A stretch of DNA of 63,806 nt from Candidatus Omnitrophota bacterium (GCA_018819285.1 JAHJQM010000058.1:1-63806), one strand, 5' to 3'; positions 20,499 to 29,177 are shown, numbered from the stretch's first letter. Numbers and translations: made by a program. The notes: generated from the letters alone by a model not told the origin.

Positions 20499-20645
20499 GT
20501 GGATAAGAATATGACACGCAAGGAGTTTTTAAAGATGGCGGGGTTTGCGGTATTTGCAATTTTTATTCTGCCCGGCGTAAAGAAATTGAATTTATTTAGA
20601 AAATCTCATAAAGAAGCAAAATATTATAAAAAACTGGCAGGGTAA
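20499..20645 (+). CDS. Small single-TM protein with Tat-like TRKEFLK N-region and C-terminal KEAKYYK motif (peptide 2 of pair)
   Basis: Below the ORF-track cutoff, so I translated it by hand: (GTG)MDKNMTRKEFLKMAGFAVFAIFILPGVKKLNLFRKSHKEAKYYKKLAG*. An AGAGGGGG SD lies upstream of the GTG at 20499. An in-frame ATG lies at 20511. Confidence 0.5.
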   Translation: MDKNMTRKEFLKMAGFAVFAIFILPGVKKLNLFRKSHKEAKYYKKLAG

Positions 20646-20656
20646 AATAAGATACA

Positions 20657-22150
20657 ATGGGCAAGGTTATGGGTATAAAAAATATATTTATTTTAATGCT
20701 TTTTATGTTTCTACTTTCTTGCAATAAATCTTATTCTGAGGATATAAGAAAGCCAGCTGTAGCTGGAGCGTTTTATCCAGGAAATAAGGAAGAACTTACT
20801 AGAAAAGTGGATAATTTTTTAGCGAACGCTGAAAAATCTGATATAAAAGGCAAAATTCTTGCTCTTATTGCACCGCACGCAGGCTATGATTATTCTGGCC
20901 AAATTGCCGCCTATAGTTTTAAACAACTGGAGGGCACAAATTTTAAAAAGATAATCATAATCTCTCCAAGCCATTATGTTGGATTTGACGGCATGTCTAT
21001 TTACAATAAAGGCTCATTTGAAACACCGCTTGGCCTTGTAAAGATAGATGAGGAACTCGCCAATAAAATAATGCAGAAAAATAAACGGTTTATTTTTTAT
21101 CCAGAAGCTCATAAGAAAGAACATGCTATTGAAGTGGAACTGCCATTTTTGCAAAGGATATATAAGGATAAGGATTTCAAGATAGTCCCTATTACCATGG
21201 GAAATCCTGAATCTGAGGATATAATGATATTGAGCGATGCGCTTTATGATGCAATGGATAAGGATACGCTTTTAATTGTAAGCGTGGACCTGTCTCATTA
21301 TTATCCTTACGATAAAGCAGTTAAATTAGATACAAATTCTACCAGTGCTATTGAACAATTAGATGCGCAAAAGATGACAGAAGATATCAATAGCCATAAT
21401 TCAGAAATAGACGCACCAATAGCTGTTTTAGGGATGATCACGCTTGCCAATAGGTATAATGCAAAAGCAAAAATTATAAGATATGCAAATTCAGGCGATG
21501 TGACAGGGGATAAATCAAGGGTAGTGGGTTATTCAAGCATTGTTGTATATATTCCTAGTGATTTACAGGAAAAGGGGGATATGATAATGAAGGATGAATA
21601 TTTAAGCAAAGAAGAAAAGGCAAAGCTATTGGAGATCGCAAAGTTCTCAATAATAGAAGCCGTGACTGGAAAAAGGCAGTTTTTGCCAAATGTAACAGAG
21701 GAAAGATTAAAAGAAAACTGCGGGGCTTTTGTGACTATAAAAGAAAATAACCAGCTTCGCGGATGCATTGGTTATATACAGGCTGTAAAGCCGCTTTATG
21801 AAACAGTAAAAGATGTCGCTAAGTCAGCTGCAGTGAATGATTACAGGTTTAGTCCTGTGGGCCAGGATGAACTAGATAAGTTAGAATTAGAAATATCTGT
21901 CCTTACGCCTCTTAAGAAGATAAAGGATATAAGCGAGATCGAAGTCGGGAGACACGGCCTTGTGATAAAACAGGGATTTAATTCAGGGCTTTTACTGCCA
22001 CAGGTAGCTACAGAGTACAATTGGGATAGGGATACCTTTTTACAGCAGACTTGTAGAAAAGCAGGCCTTAGCCATGACGCATGGAAGGATAAAGCTACAG
22101 AAATATATATATTCAGTGCAGAGGTTTTTGGGGAAGAGAAAAAGCAGTAA
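20657..22150 (+). CDS. Fusion of AmmeMemoRadiSam protein B (Memo-like) and protein A (AMMECR1 domain) with lipoprotein-type signal peptide
   Basis: The N-terminal MGKVMGIKNIFILMLFMFLLSCNKS has a lipobox-like LLSC. IRKPAVAGAFYPG and APHAGYDYSG are Memo motifs. The C-terminal half has GAFVTIKENNQLRGCIGY, the AMMECR1 motif. Confidence 0.85.
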   Translation: MGKVMGIKNIFILMLFMFLLSCNKSYSEDIRKPAVAGAFYPGNKEELTRKVDNFLANAEKSDIKGKILALIAPHAGYDYSGQIAAYSFKQLEGTNFKKIIIISPSHYVGFDGMSIYNKGSFETPLGLVKIDEELANKIMQKNKRFIFYPEAHKKEHAIEVELPFLQRIYKDKDFKIVPITMGNPESEDIMILSDALYDAMDKDTLLIVSVDLSHYYPYDKAVKLDTNSTSAIEQLDAQKMTEDINSHNSEIDAPIAVLGMITLANRYNAKAKIIRYANSGDVTGDKSRVVGYSSIVVYIPSDLQEKGDMIMKDEYLSKEEKAKLLEIAKFSIIEAVTGKRQFLPNVTEERLKENCGAFVTIKENNQLRGCIGYIQAVKPLYETVKDVAKSAAVNDYRFSPVGQDELDKLELEISVLTPLKKIKDISEIEVGRHGLVIKQGFNSGLLLPQVATEYNWDRDTFLQQTCRKAGLSHDAWKDKATEIYIFSAEVFGEEKKQ

Positions 22151-22154
22151 AAAC

Positions 22155-22186
22155 AGAAAAGGCCCTGAAATCAGGGCTTTTTCTGT
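22155..22186. terminator. Bidirectional rho-independent terminator between convergent genes
   Basis: AGAAAAGGCCCTGAAATCAGGGCTTTTTCT: a GC stem (GCCCTGA/TCAGGGC) flanked by an A-run and a T-run. Confidence 0.75.
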
Positions 22187-22254
22187 AGGCTATAAACCTA
22201 GAAGCTTACGCTATTCCACGCCTCCTTGTTTAATGCTTCTATACAAATAATATA

Positions 22255-24528
22255 TCACATCTTTTGAATAAAACAAGGCCTGGAATTAGAAAGTAATATA
22301 AAAATAAAGATATTTATAACGCTTAAAAATACGCATGTCTGAAGAATTCCTATTATAGGTATAAGTATTATGCCTATAACTAACCCACCTATACATGAAC
22401 CAAATAAATCAATGCCGTATAAAAGGCCTGTTGTCTTTCCAATATCTTTGGAGTCTTTAAGCCAGATTTTATTTGCAAGCGGAAACTGAAACCCTCCTAT
22501 AAAACCGCTAATAACAGGCATTATTACAAAGACTATCTGAAGCATATTTCCTATGCCAGGCTTTATCTGGTTTATTTTTACTATAGCCACAAGACTTATT
22601 GCAAGTATCAATGGATAAATAGATAGCCAGGCTTGGGTTTTTATATAAAGCTTTCTATCGTCTTCTATTCTTTCTATAATGCGTGTAATCAAAAAACTTC
22701 CGAGCGTCAATCCTATCATAAATGAAGTAAGAATAAATCCTATCTGATAATACATATAGCCGTATATAAACTGGAACGCAAGTATAATGATAATCTGGAA
22801 ACATATTTGGCTCATGCCGGTTCCAGCCATAGATATTAAAACCGGAAATTTTAAAGAAGCCATGGTTAATTTTTGCGCTAATAGGGTTATTAACAAAAGG
22901 GCGAATGCTATCAATATGAAAATGCCTAGATTAATATTATCAATATACGGAAGGAGGTTTCTTGTAGCATCAAAAAAACTTATCCAAAGAATCGCGTGGT
23001 AAAGATAACCGATGGGCTTAAAATCAGTATTTATTTTCGTATTTTTAAATTTTTGAATAGCGCTTTCCACATATTTGATTCTCAATGGGTCTAATTTAAA
23101 AGGCAGATAATATTCCCTGACAAATTTAGTTTTGATATTTCTTTCCTTAAGCCTTTTTATCAGCGTATTTGCATCCTCTGTAAGTATTCCAGGCGTTTGC
23201 GATGCAATAAATGTAATCGTATCACCTGGGAGAAGCCTTATATCATTAAATTCTCTTTTAAGAGTGTTATAGATGCAGCTTAAATATACGGCATTTTCAG
23301 GGCTTATATAATTCTCAGAAGAGAGGAGGCCAAAAGAAAATATTCCGGTTGGTTCCAATATTTGTTTTACCTCTTTGAAAAATTCCAGGGAATAAAATCT
23401 ATTAAGGTTTGCATTGTAAGGGTCAGGAAGATTTAATATTATCACATCATATTTATACGGCGTAGCAGGGTTTTTTATTGCACTAGCTTCTTTTACAAAA
23501 AGCCTGCCATCCATGTGTATTATATTTACCCTGTTATCTTTTAAGGGAGGGAGGTATCTTTGAGAAAGACTTATTATTAAAGGGTCCAATTCTACATAAT
23601 CAATCCTATCGACTTTATATTTTAAAATCTGATCAATGGAGCCTCCTACACCCCCTCCTATTAAGAGGATTTTTTTAGGCCCTGGGTGCTCTAACATTGC
23701 GTAATGAACTGATTCCTCGCTGGTTGACGTGTCGCCTCCTGTAAACATCAGCGTGCCGTTTTCGTAGAAGCTGTACTGATTTCCTAATTTTGTCACAGTA
23801 ATATTCCCGTATATAGAATCTGCATTTTCTATGAGCTTGAGAGGCTTTACCTGAAGAGACCTTGTAAACCCATCTATATGTTTTGGCCAATTGAACATGA
23901 TTGTAGTTGAAAATATTACGAGGTATATCAGCTGTACTATATTTCTAGAGAATAAGATAGATGTGATTAAATTCAGATTTCCCAGGATAAGGGCATTTTG
24001 AAAACTCGTATATGTTTTTATAAGTAAAAATGCGTATATGAGACCGCCGATAGAAGCTCCCAGACCTTCTAATAAATAAATCCTTCCCACCTGTTTATGC
24101 GCCAGGTGGTTGTCTTTTGCGGCAATCTTTGATATCAATATAAAAATGAGGCCTAATAATGCGCAGACAAGGGATAAAGATACAAAGGATGAACCCAGCA
24201 TTTGAGTTAGTCCAATGATTTTTCCTGCCGGGATTTTTAATATGGATTTGATGAGCCGGATGAAAAATATATTTAGAGGAATAAGTATGGATAAAGCAAG
24301 CTGTAAATACGATAAGAGTTTTTCCTTAAAGGGGATGAAATCTACAAGCCTGCCCAGAACAAGGCTTCCGAAAGCTACCCAGAAAAGCCATGAGGCGAGT
24401 ATGATGCCTAAAGACAGCTCATTGCCATAGAATACTACGATAAGCTCTCTTATAATAATTATCTGGCCTATCATTGAGGTAAGGCCGAGTATAAAAGCGC
24501 TGATGTTTAATTTTAAATTTATCTTCAT
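22255..24528 (-). CDS. Membrane-embedded spermidine synthase-like (aminopropyltransferase fold) protein
   Basis: 757 aa. An N-terminal multi-TM block, a central SpeE-like domain (ILLIGGGVGGSIDQILKY, YVELDP, DVIILNLPDP) and a C-terminal multi-TM block. Confidence 0.75.
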   Translation of the reverse strand: MKINLKLNISAFILGLTSMIGQIIIIRELIVVFYGNELSLGIILASWLFWVAFGSLVLGRLVDFIPFKEKLLSYLQLALSILIPLNIFFIRLIKSILKIPAGKIIGLTQMLGSSFVSLSLVCALLGLIFILISKIAAKDNHLAHKQVGRIYLLEGLGASIGGLIYAFLLIKTYTSFQNALILGNLNLITSILFSRNIVQLIYLVIFSTTIMFNWPKHIDGFTRSLQVKPLKLIENADSIYGNITVTKLGNQYSFYENGTLMFTGGDTSTSEESVHYAMLEHPGPKKILLIGGGVGGSIDQILKYKVDRIDYVELDPLIISLSQRYLPPLKDNRVNIIHMDGRLFVKEASAIKNPATPYKYDVIILNLPDPYNANLNRFYSLEFFKEVKQILEPTGIFSFGLLSSENYISPENAVYLSCIYNTLKREFNDIRLLPGDTITFIASQTPGILTEDANTLIKRLKERNIKTKFVREYYLPFKLDPLRIKYVESAIQKFKNTKINTDFKPIGYLYHAILWISFFDATRNLLPYIDNINLGIFILIAFALLLITLLAQKLTMASLKFPVLISMAGTGMSQICFQIIIILAFQFIYGYMYYQIGFILTSFMIGLTLGSFLITRIIERIEDDRKLYIKTQAWLSIYPLILAISLVAIVKINQIKPGIGNMLQIVFVIMPVISGFIGGFQFPLANKIWLKDSKDIGKTTGLLYGIDLFGSCIGGLVIGIILIPIIGILQTCVFLSVINIFIFILLSNSRPCFIQKM

Positions 24529-24647
24529 CGTTTATAATTTTAGCATATATAATAGATTATGCAAGGACCTTACAATTCAGGAGAAGCAATTTTTTTATTG
24601 GCATTAAGCCGTAACTAATATATAATAAGCAACATAAGAGGTGATAT

Positions 24648-26477
24648 GTGTGCGGGATAGTTGGTTATATCGGGAATAAAGACGCTTTGCCTATTTTAAT
24701 CGAAGGCCTAAGGAGATTAGAGTATAGAGGTTATGACTCTGTAGGCATAGCGATTATACCGAAAGATAAAATTGTCATAAAGAAATGCAAAGGCAAAATA
24801 AAAGATCTTGAGAGTTTTCTTAAGGGTAAAGAAATATCTGAAAGCCATATAGGCATTTCGCATAATAGATGGGCAACGCACGGCGCCCCTACAAATATTA
24901 ACGCTCATCCCCATCAGGATTGCTCAGGAGATATAGCAGTAGTCCATAATGGTATTATAGAAAATTTCAGCGAACTCAAAAAACAACTCATAGAAGAAGG
25001 CCACAAATTTAAATCCCAAACAGATACAGAAGTCATAAGCCATCTTGTAGAAAAATATTATAAAGGCGATTTAAAAGATGCTGTATTAAGCTCGCTCAAA
25101 AATTTAAAAGGCTCTTTTGCATTAGGCGTAATTTCCAGAAATGAGCCTGACAGGATTATTGCCGCAAGAAAGGAAAGCCCTCTGATAATAGGCATAGGCG
25201 AAGGAGAAAATTTTATTGCCTCAGATGTGCCTGCTATATTAAAGCATACAAAAAATGTAATTTATCTCGAAGATGGAGAAATAGTAGTCCTAACCAAAAA
25301 TAAGGTAGAGATTTTTGATTCAGAAGGGTTACTCAGGCATAAAAATGTAGATGTCATAAAATGGAGCCTTGATTCGGCTCAGAAAACTGGTTTCGCTCAT
25401 TTCATGCTGAAAGAAATCCACGAGCAGCCAAAGGTTTTAAAACAGATTATCTCTTCCAGGATAAGAGCCGATTCCGAATTTAATCTGGAAGGCATAAACA
25501 TATCAGACAGCGCTATAAGAAATGTCTCCAATATTATTATAATTGCGTGCGGCACTGCGTATCACGCAGGGCTTGTCGGTAAATATATACTTGAGAAATT
25601 CACAAAGATACCTGTCTCGATAGATCTATCGTCTGAATTCAGGTACAGGGACCCCATTGTAAATAAAGATACGCTAACGATTGCAATAAGCCAGTCAGGC
25701 GAAACAGCAGATACCCTGGCTGCTGTAAAGGAAGCAAAGCAAAAAGGGTCTATTATTTTGTCAATATGCAATGTTGTCGGCTCAAGCTTAACCAGGGCAT
25801 CGGATGGGGTGCTTTATACTTATGCAGGCCCGGAAATAGGAGTCGCGTCTACTAAGGCGTATACAGCGCAACTTGCTATTCTTTATGTGTTAGCGTTTTA
25901 TATTGCAGATAAAAGGGATTTATTGAAAAGCGATTTAAAGAAAACCTTATTGGATGGATTTAAAAATATATCTGGAATTATAGACAATATTCTAGATAAA
26001 AAAAATCGTATACAAAGAATTGCAGCCAAACACCTGAATTTCGGTTCATTTTTATACCTTGGACGAAATCTGAATTTTCCAACAGCTCTTGAGGGCGCCT
26101 TAAAGCTCAAAGAAATTTCCTATATACCTGCAGAAGGCTATGCTGCAGGAGAGATGAAACATGGGCCTATTGCTCTTATAGATGAGTATAGAGCTGTAGT
26201 TTGTATTGTGCCCGAGTCTTTTGTATATGAAAAAATGATCTCGAATATCGAAGAGATATGCGCGAGAAAAGGAAAGGTAATCGCAGTAGCCACGGAAGGC
26301 GATAAGTTCATAGAAAGCTTTACAAAAGAGATAATATATATTCCTAAGATAGACGAGATTTTCTCGCCCATAGTTACAGTAGTGCCATTACAGCTTCTAG
26401 CGTACTACATCGCAGTAAAGCGCGGATGCGACGTTGACCAGCCCAGAAACCTTGCAAAAAGCGTTACAGTAGAGTAA
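24648..26477 (+). CDS. glmS: Glutamine--fructose-6-phosphate aminotransferase
   Basis: (GTG)MCGIVGYIG N-terminal nucleophile Cys, two SIS domains and the C-terminal ...AKSVTVE. 609 aa. Confidence 0.95.
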   Translation: MCGIVGYIGNKDALPILIEGLRRLEYRGYDSVGIAIIPKDKIVIKKCKGKIKDLESFLKGKEISESHIGISHNRWATHGAPTNINAHPHQDCSGDIAVVHNGIIENFSELKKQLIEEGHKFKSQTDTEVISHLVEKYYKGDLKDAVLSSLKNLKGSFALGVISRNEPDRIIAARKESPLIIGIGEGENFIASDVPAILKHTKNVIYLEDGEIVVLTKNKVEIFDSEGLLRHKNVDVIKWSLDSAQKTGFAHFMLKEIHEQPKVLKQIISSRIRADSEFNLEGINISDSAIRNVSNIIIIACGTAYHAGLVGKYILEKFTKIPVSIDLSSEFRYRDPIVNKDTLTIAISQSGETADTLAAVKEAKQKGSIILSICNVVGSSLTRASDGVLYTYAGPEIGVASTKAYTAQLAILYVLAFYIADKRDLLKSDLKKTLLDGFKNISGIIDNILDKKNRIQRIAAKHLNFGSFLYLGRNLNFPTALEGALKLKEISYIPAEGYAAGEMKHGPIALIDEYRAVVCIVPESFVYEKMISNIEEICARKGKVIAVATEGDKFIESFTKEIIYIPKIDEIFSPIVTVVPLQLLAYYIAVKRGCDVDQPRNLAKSVTVE

Positions 26478-26485
26478 ACGATCAG

Positions 26486-26560
26486 ATTTGTAAAATTAAC
26501 TATTATCGATTCGTTGGGCTAACTTTACAAATAGTGCCAGGCACGAATTGTAAAGTTAGG
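26486..26560 (+). repeat. Three copies of TTGTAAA(A/G)TTA(A/G) able to form two mutually exclusive hairpins
   Basis: Copy a is ATTTGTAAAATTAAC (26486-26500). Copy b is GCTAACTTTACAAAT (26518-26532, inverted). Copy c is AATTGTAAAGTTAGG (26546-26560). Copy b can pair with a or with c. Confidence 0.5.
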
Positions 26561-26591
26561 GCAGGTTAAATCTTTTTTATTATTAAAGATA

Positions 26592-26600
26592 TGCTATAAT
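26592..26600 (+). promoter_or_regulatory. Extended -10 promoter (TGcTATAAT); geometry predicts a leaderless rsmI mRNA
   Basis: TGCTATAAT at 26592-26600. The ATG at 26607 lies 6 nt after the -10 and has no SD. Confidence 0.4.
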
Positions 26601-26606
26601 GCGCAT

Positions 26607-27281
26607 ATGACAGGAAAACTTTTTATAGTTTCAACTCCTATAGGAAATCTTAAGGACATAACATTTCGGGCAATAGAGACGCTTAAGTCAGTTGCTCTTA
26701 TTGCGTGCGAGGATACCAGGCATACGAAAAAACTCCTTTCGCATTACGGGATAAATGCGCCTACCACAAGTTATTTTGAGTACAATAAGATTCAAAAAGG
26801 CGAATATTTATTAAAGCTGCTTCAAGAAGGCAAGGATATTGCGCTTGTTTCAGATAGCGGCACTCCTGGCATAAGTGATCCGGGTTTTAATATTGTAAGG
26901 CTTGCAATTGAAAATAATGTTCCATTAACTGTTATACCAGGGCCAAGCGCTATTATAGCAGGCCTTGTTTTATCAGGCATGCCTACAGATAGTTTTGTGT
27001 TCGAGGGCTTCCTTGCCCAAAAACCCGGCAAGAGGCGCAAGGAACTGGAGATTTTAAGCCAGGAAAAAAGAACTATTGTGCTTTATGAATCCCCTCACAG
27101 GCTTTTAAAGACTTTAAAAGATGTGCTGGATATAATGGGGGATAGGGATATAGCTATAAGCCGCGAAGTTACAAAGGTATTTGAAGAGACTATCCGTGCC
27201 AAGGTTTCAGAGGTAATAAAGCATTTTATTTTAAACCAGCCGCGCGGAGAATTTATTCTTGTTATAAAAGGAGAAAAATGA
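26607..27281 (+). CDS. rsmI: 16S rRNA (cytidine1402-2'-O)-methyltransferase
   Basis: LFIVSTPIGNLKDITFRAIETLK...IACEDTRHTKKLL and SDSGTPGISDPG motifs of the RsmI tetrapyrrole-methylase fold. Confidence 0.9.
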   Translation: MTGKLFIVSTPIGNLKDITFRAIETLKSVALIACEDTRHTKKLLSHYGINAPTTSYFEYNKIQKGEYLLKLLQEGKDIALVSDSGTPGISDPGFNIVRLAIENNVPLTVIPGPSAIIAGLVLSGMPTDSFVFEGFLAQKPGKRRKELEILSQEKRTIVLYESPHRLLKTLKDVLDIMGDRDIAISREVTKVFEETIRAKVSEVIKHFILNQPRGEFILVIKGEK

Positions 27282-28423
27282 TTGTCGTAAAAAGAGTTTT
27301 TCTATTTTCTATCGCTCTTTTTTTAATAATGCCTTTATCTGTTTACGGAAAAGATAAGAATGCGTCTGCAAAAGGCGTATGGGTTACATGTTTTTCTGCA
27401 GAGAAAGTGCTTTATTCTAAAAGATCAGCATTTGAGCTGATAAAATTCTGCAAAAAATCTAAAATAACAGAGATATATCTCCAGCTATACCGCAGTGGAA
27501 AATCTTATTATGACACCAGCATAAATGGCAGAGCAAGTTATGATAATATGTTGAAAGCGTCAGGGGTAGACACAATAGATGTAATTTTAAAAGAAGCCAA
27601 AAGATGCAATGTAAAAGTTTTTGCATGGGTGAATGTCCTTAGTATAGGGAAGACTAGAAAAGTAAATATAGTGGAGAAGTTCGGAGACTCTATTCTAACC
27701 AAAGATCAATATCTGAGGTCTCCAATGAGAACAGAGGATGTAAATGAATCTGATAAATATTATCTCAGAGATGAACAGCTTTTTCTTGAGCCGGGCGATC
27801 TCAAGGTAGGCGAATATACGGTATTGATAATAGATGAAATCATAGCCAGATATCCGGATTTATCCGGAGTACATCTGGATTATGTGCGCTATCCGTATCC
27901 CGTGCCTTTTCTTCCGCGTTCAAGTTTCAATAGATTTGGCCTGACATATGGTTATGGGGAGGAAAACTTAAAAAGATTTAAAGAAAAAAAAGGATTAGAC
28001 CCTTTGTCGATGGAAAATAATAACGAGAACTCTCTTATCTGGGATGACTGGAAAAGAGATCAGGTTACAAATCTCGTGGAAAGGCTGGCAAAACACATAA
28101 AAGATAAATCTCCCCGGATGCTTATTTCCTGCGCAGTGATTCCGTCTTGCGACACTGCTTTTTCTGCTGCATTTCAAGACTGGCCTGGATGGCTGGAGAA
28201 AGGGATAGTTGATTACGTTGTGCTTATGAATTATACAAAAAATAATCAACTGGCAAAAGAGGTTACAAGATCAGCTTTAGCCCACCGCGGAAAAGGCAAG
28301 GTTTATATAGGACTAGGAAACTTTTTGATGAAAAATGACCCCGAGGTCCTTTCTGAGCAAGAGAGGATTATAGAATCCTTGAATCCGGATGGGATAGTAT
28401 ATTTTTCCTACGATTTTCTTTAA
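27278..28423 (+). CDS. Glycoside hydrolase-like family 10 (GHL10/DUF187) secreted protein
   Basis: A signal-like N-terminus, then KGVWVTCFS...ITEIYLQLYRSGKSYYDTS and HLDYVRYPYP motifs typical of GHL10 proteins. Confidence 0.65.
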   Translation: MIVVKRVFLFSIALFLIMPLSVYGKDKNASAKGVWVTCFSAEKVLYSKRSAFELIKFCKKSKITEIYLQLYRSGKSYYDTSINGRASYDNMLKASGVDTIDVILKEAKRCNVKVFAWVNVLSIGKTRKVNIVEKFGDSILTKDQYLRSPMRTEDVNESDKYYLRDEQLFLEPGDLKVGEYTVLIIDEIIARYPDLSGVHLDYVRYPYPVPFLPRSSFNRFGLTYGYGEENLKRFKEKKGLDPLSMENNNENSLIWDDWKRDQVTNLVERLAKHIKDKSPRMLISCAVIPSCDTAFSAAFQDWPGWLEKGIVDYVVLMNYTKNNQLAKEVTRSALAHRGKGKVYIGLGNFLMKNDPEVLSEQERIIESLNPDGIVYFSYDFL

Positions 28424-28426
28424 TAC

Positions 28427-28454
28427 TTGACATAATAAAAATAAGTGGTATAAT
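28427..28454 (+). promoter_or_regulatory. Near-consensus sigma70 promoter of the pyr operon
   Basis: TTGACA at 28427-28432, a 16-nt spacer, then TGgTATAAT (the -10 at 28449-28454 with an extended TG). Confidence 0.7.
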
Positions 28455-28470
28455 TTGAAATTAATAAATA

Positions 28471-28598
28471 CCTTTAAATCAGCACAGAGAGGCTGAAAAG
28501 GGAGTAAAAGTGAATAGACAAGAGAGAATTTTGATTAATATATTTGAACCAATACAACCTCGTAGGAGGCCTAAAGGCCACTTGCGAGGTTTTTATTT
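28471..28598 (+). promoter_or_regulatory. PyrR-binding leader / transcription attenuator
   Basis: The hairpin CCTTTAAATCAGCACAGAGAGGCTGAAAAGG (28471-28501) carries the conserved CAGAGAGGCU-type PyrR binding loop. An intrinsic terminator follows: AACCTCGTAGGAGGCCTAAAGGCCACTTGCGAGGTT plus TTTTATTT (28557-28598), just before the pyrR RBS. Confidence 0.7.
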
Positions 28599-28607
28599 GA
28601 GGTGGAT

Positions 28608-29177
28608 ATGTCGCTAAAACAGGTTTTTACAAAGGAAGAGATAGAGCGCTCAATTACAAGAATAAGTCACGAGATTATAGAAAATAATAAAGGCGTTAAA
28701 GAGCTTGTTGTGGTGGGGATAAGGACAAGGGGGTATGTACTAGCAGAGCGCATCGCAAAAGGCATAAACAATCTTTATGGGACCAGATTAGACGTAGGAG
28801 CGCTGGATATAACCTTCTACAGGGATGATTTAAGCGCTATATCAGAACAGCCTGTGATTCATAATACTGAAATAGATTTTGACATAGAGAATAAAAATAT
28901 AGTGCTTGTGGATGATGTTTTATATACAGGCCGCACTATCAGGTGCGCGTTAGATGCTTTGATAGATTTTGGCAGGCCAAGGACAATACAGCTGGCAGTA
29001 TTAATTGACAGAGGCCATCGGGAACTTCCCATAAGGGCTGATTATGTGGGGAAGAATATTCCTACGTCACAGAAAGAACTTGTGCAGGTAAAATTCCAGG
29101 AAATAGATAATGAAGACAGCGTTACTATAGAGGAAACGCAGGATGACAAAGAAGAAAACAGCAAAATGGGTTCATAA
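28608..29177 (+). CDS. pyrR: Bifunctional pyr operon regulator / uracil phosphoribosyltransferase
   Basis: [20 protein letters not shown] is the PRPP-binding motif. Size and position as first gene fit pyrR. I prefer the ATG at 28608, after GAGGTGG, over the track's GTG at 28602. Confidence 0.9.
   Translation: MSLKQVFTKEEIERSITRISHEIIENNKGVKELVVVGIRTRGYVLAERIAKGINNLYGTRLDVGALDITFYRDDLSAISEQPVIHNTEIDFDIENKNIVLVDDVLYTGRTIRCALDALIDFGRPRTIQLAVLIDRGHRELPIRADYVGKNIPTSQKELVQVKFQEIDNEDSVTIEETQDDKEENSKMGS

Noticed and set aside
20511-20540. Calling peptide 2 a genuine Tat substrate.
   Set aside because: The motif is TRKEFLK (RK, not RR), and the protein has no obvious signal-peptidase site or cofactor-binding domain. 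I kept it only as a resemblance within the finding.
24529-24647. Possible glmS ribozyme in the glmS 5' UTR.
   Set aside because: The 119-nt AT-rich upstream region is too short. It shows none of the conserved GC-rich core of the glmS ribozyme.
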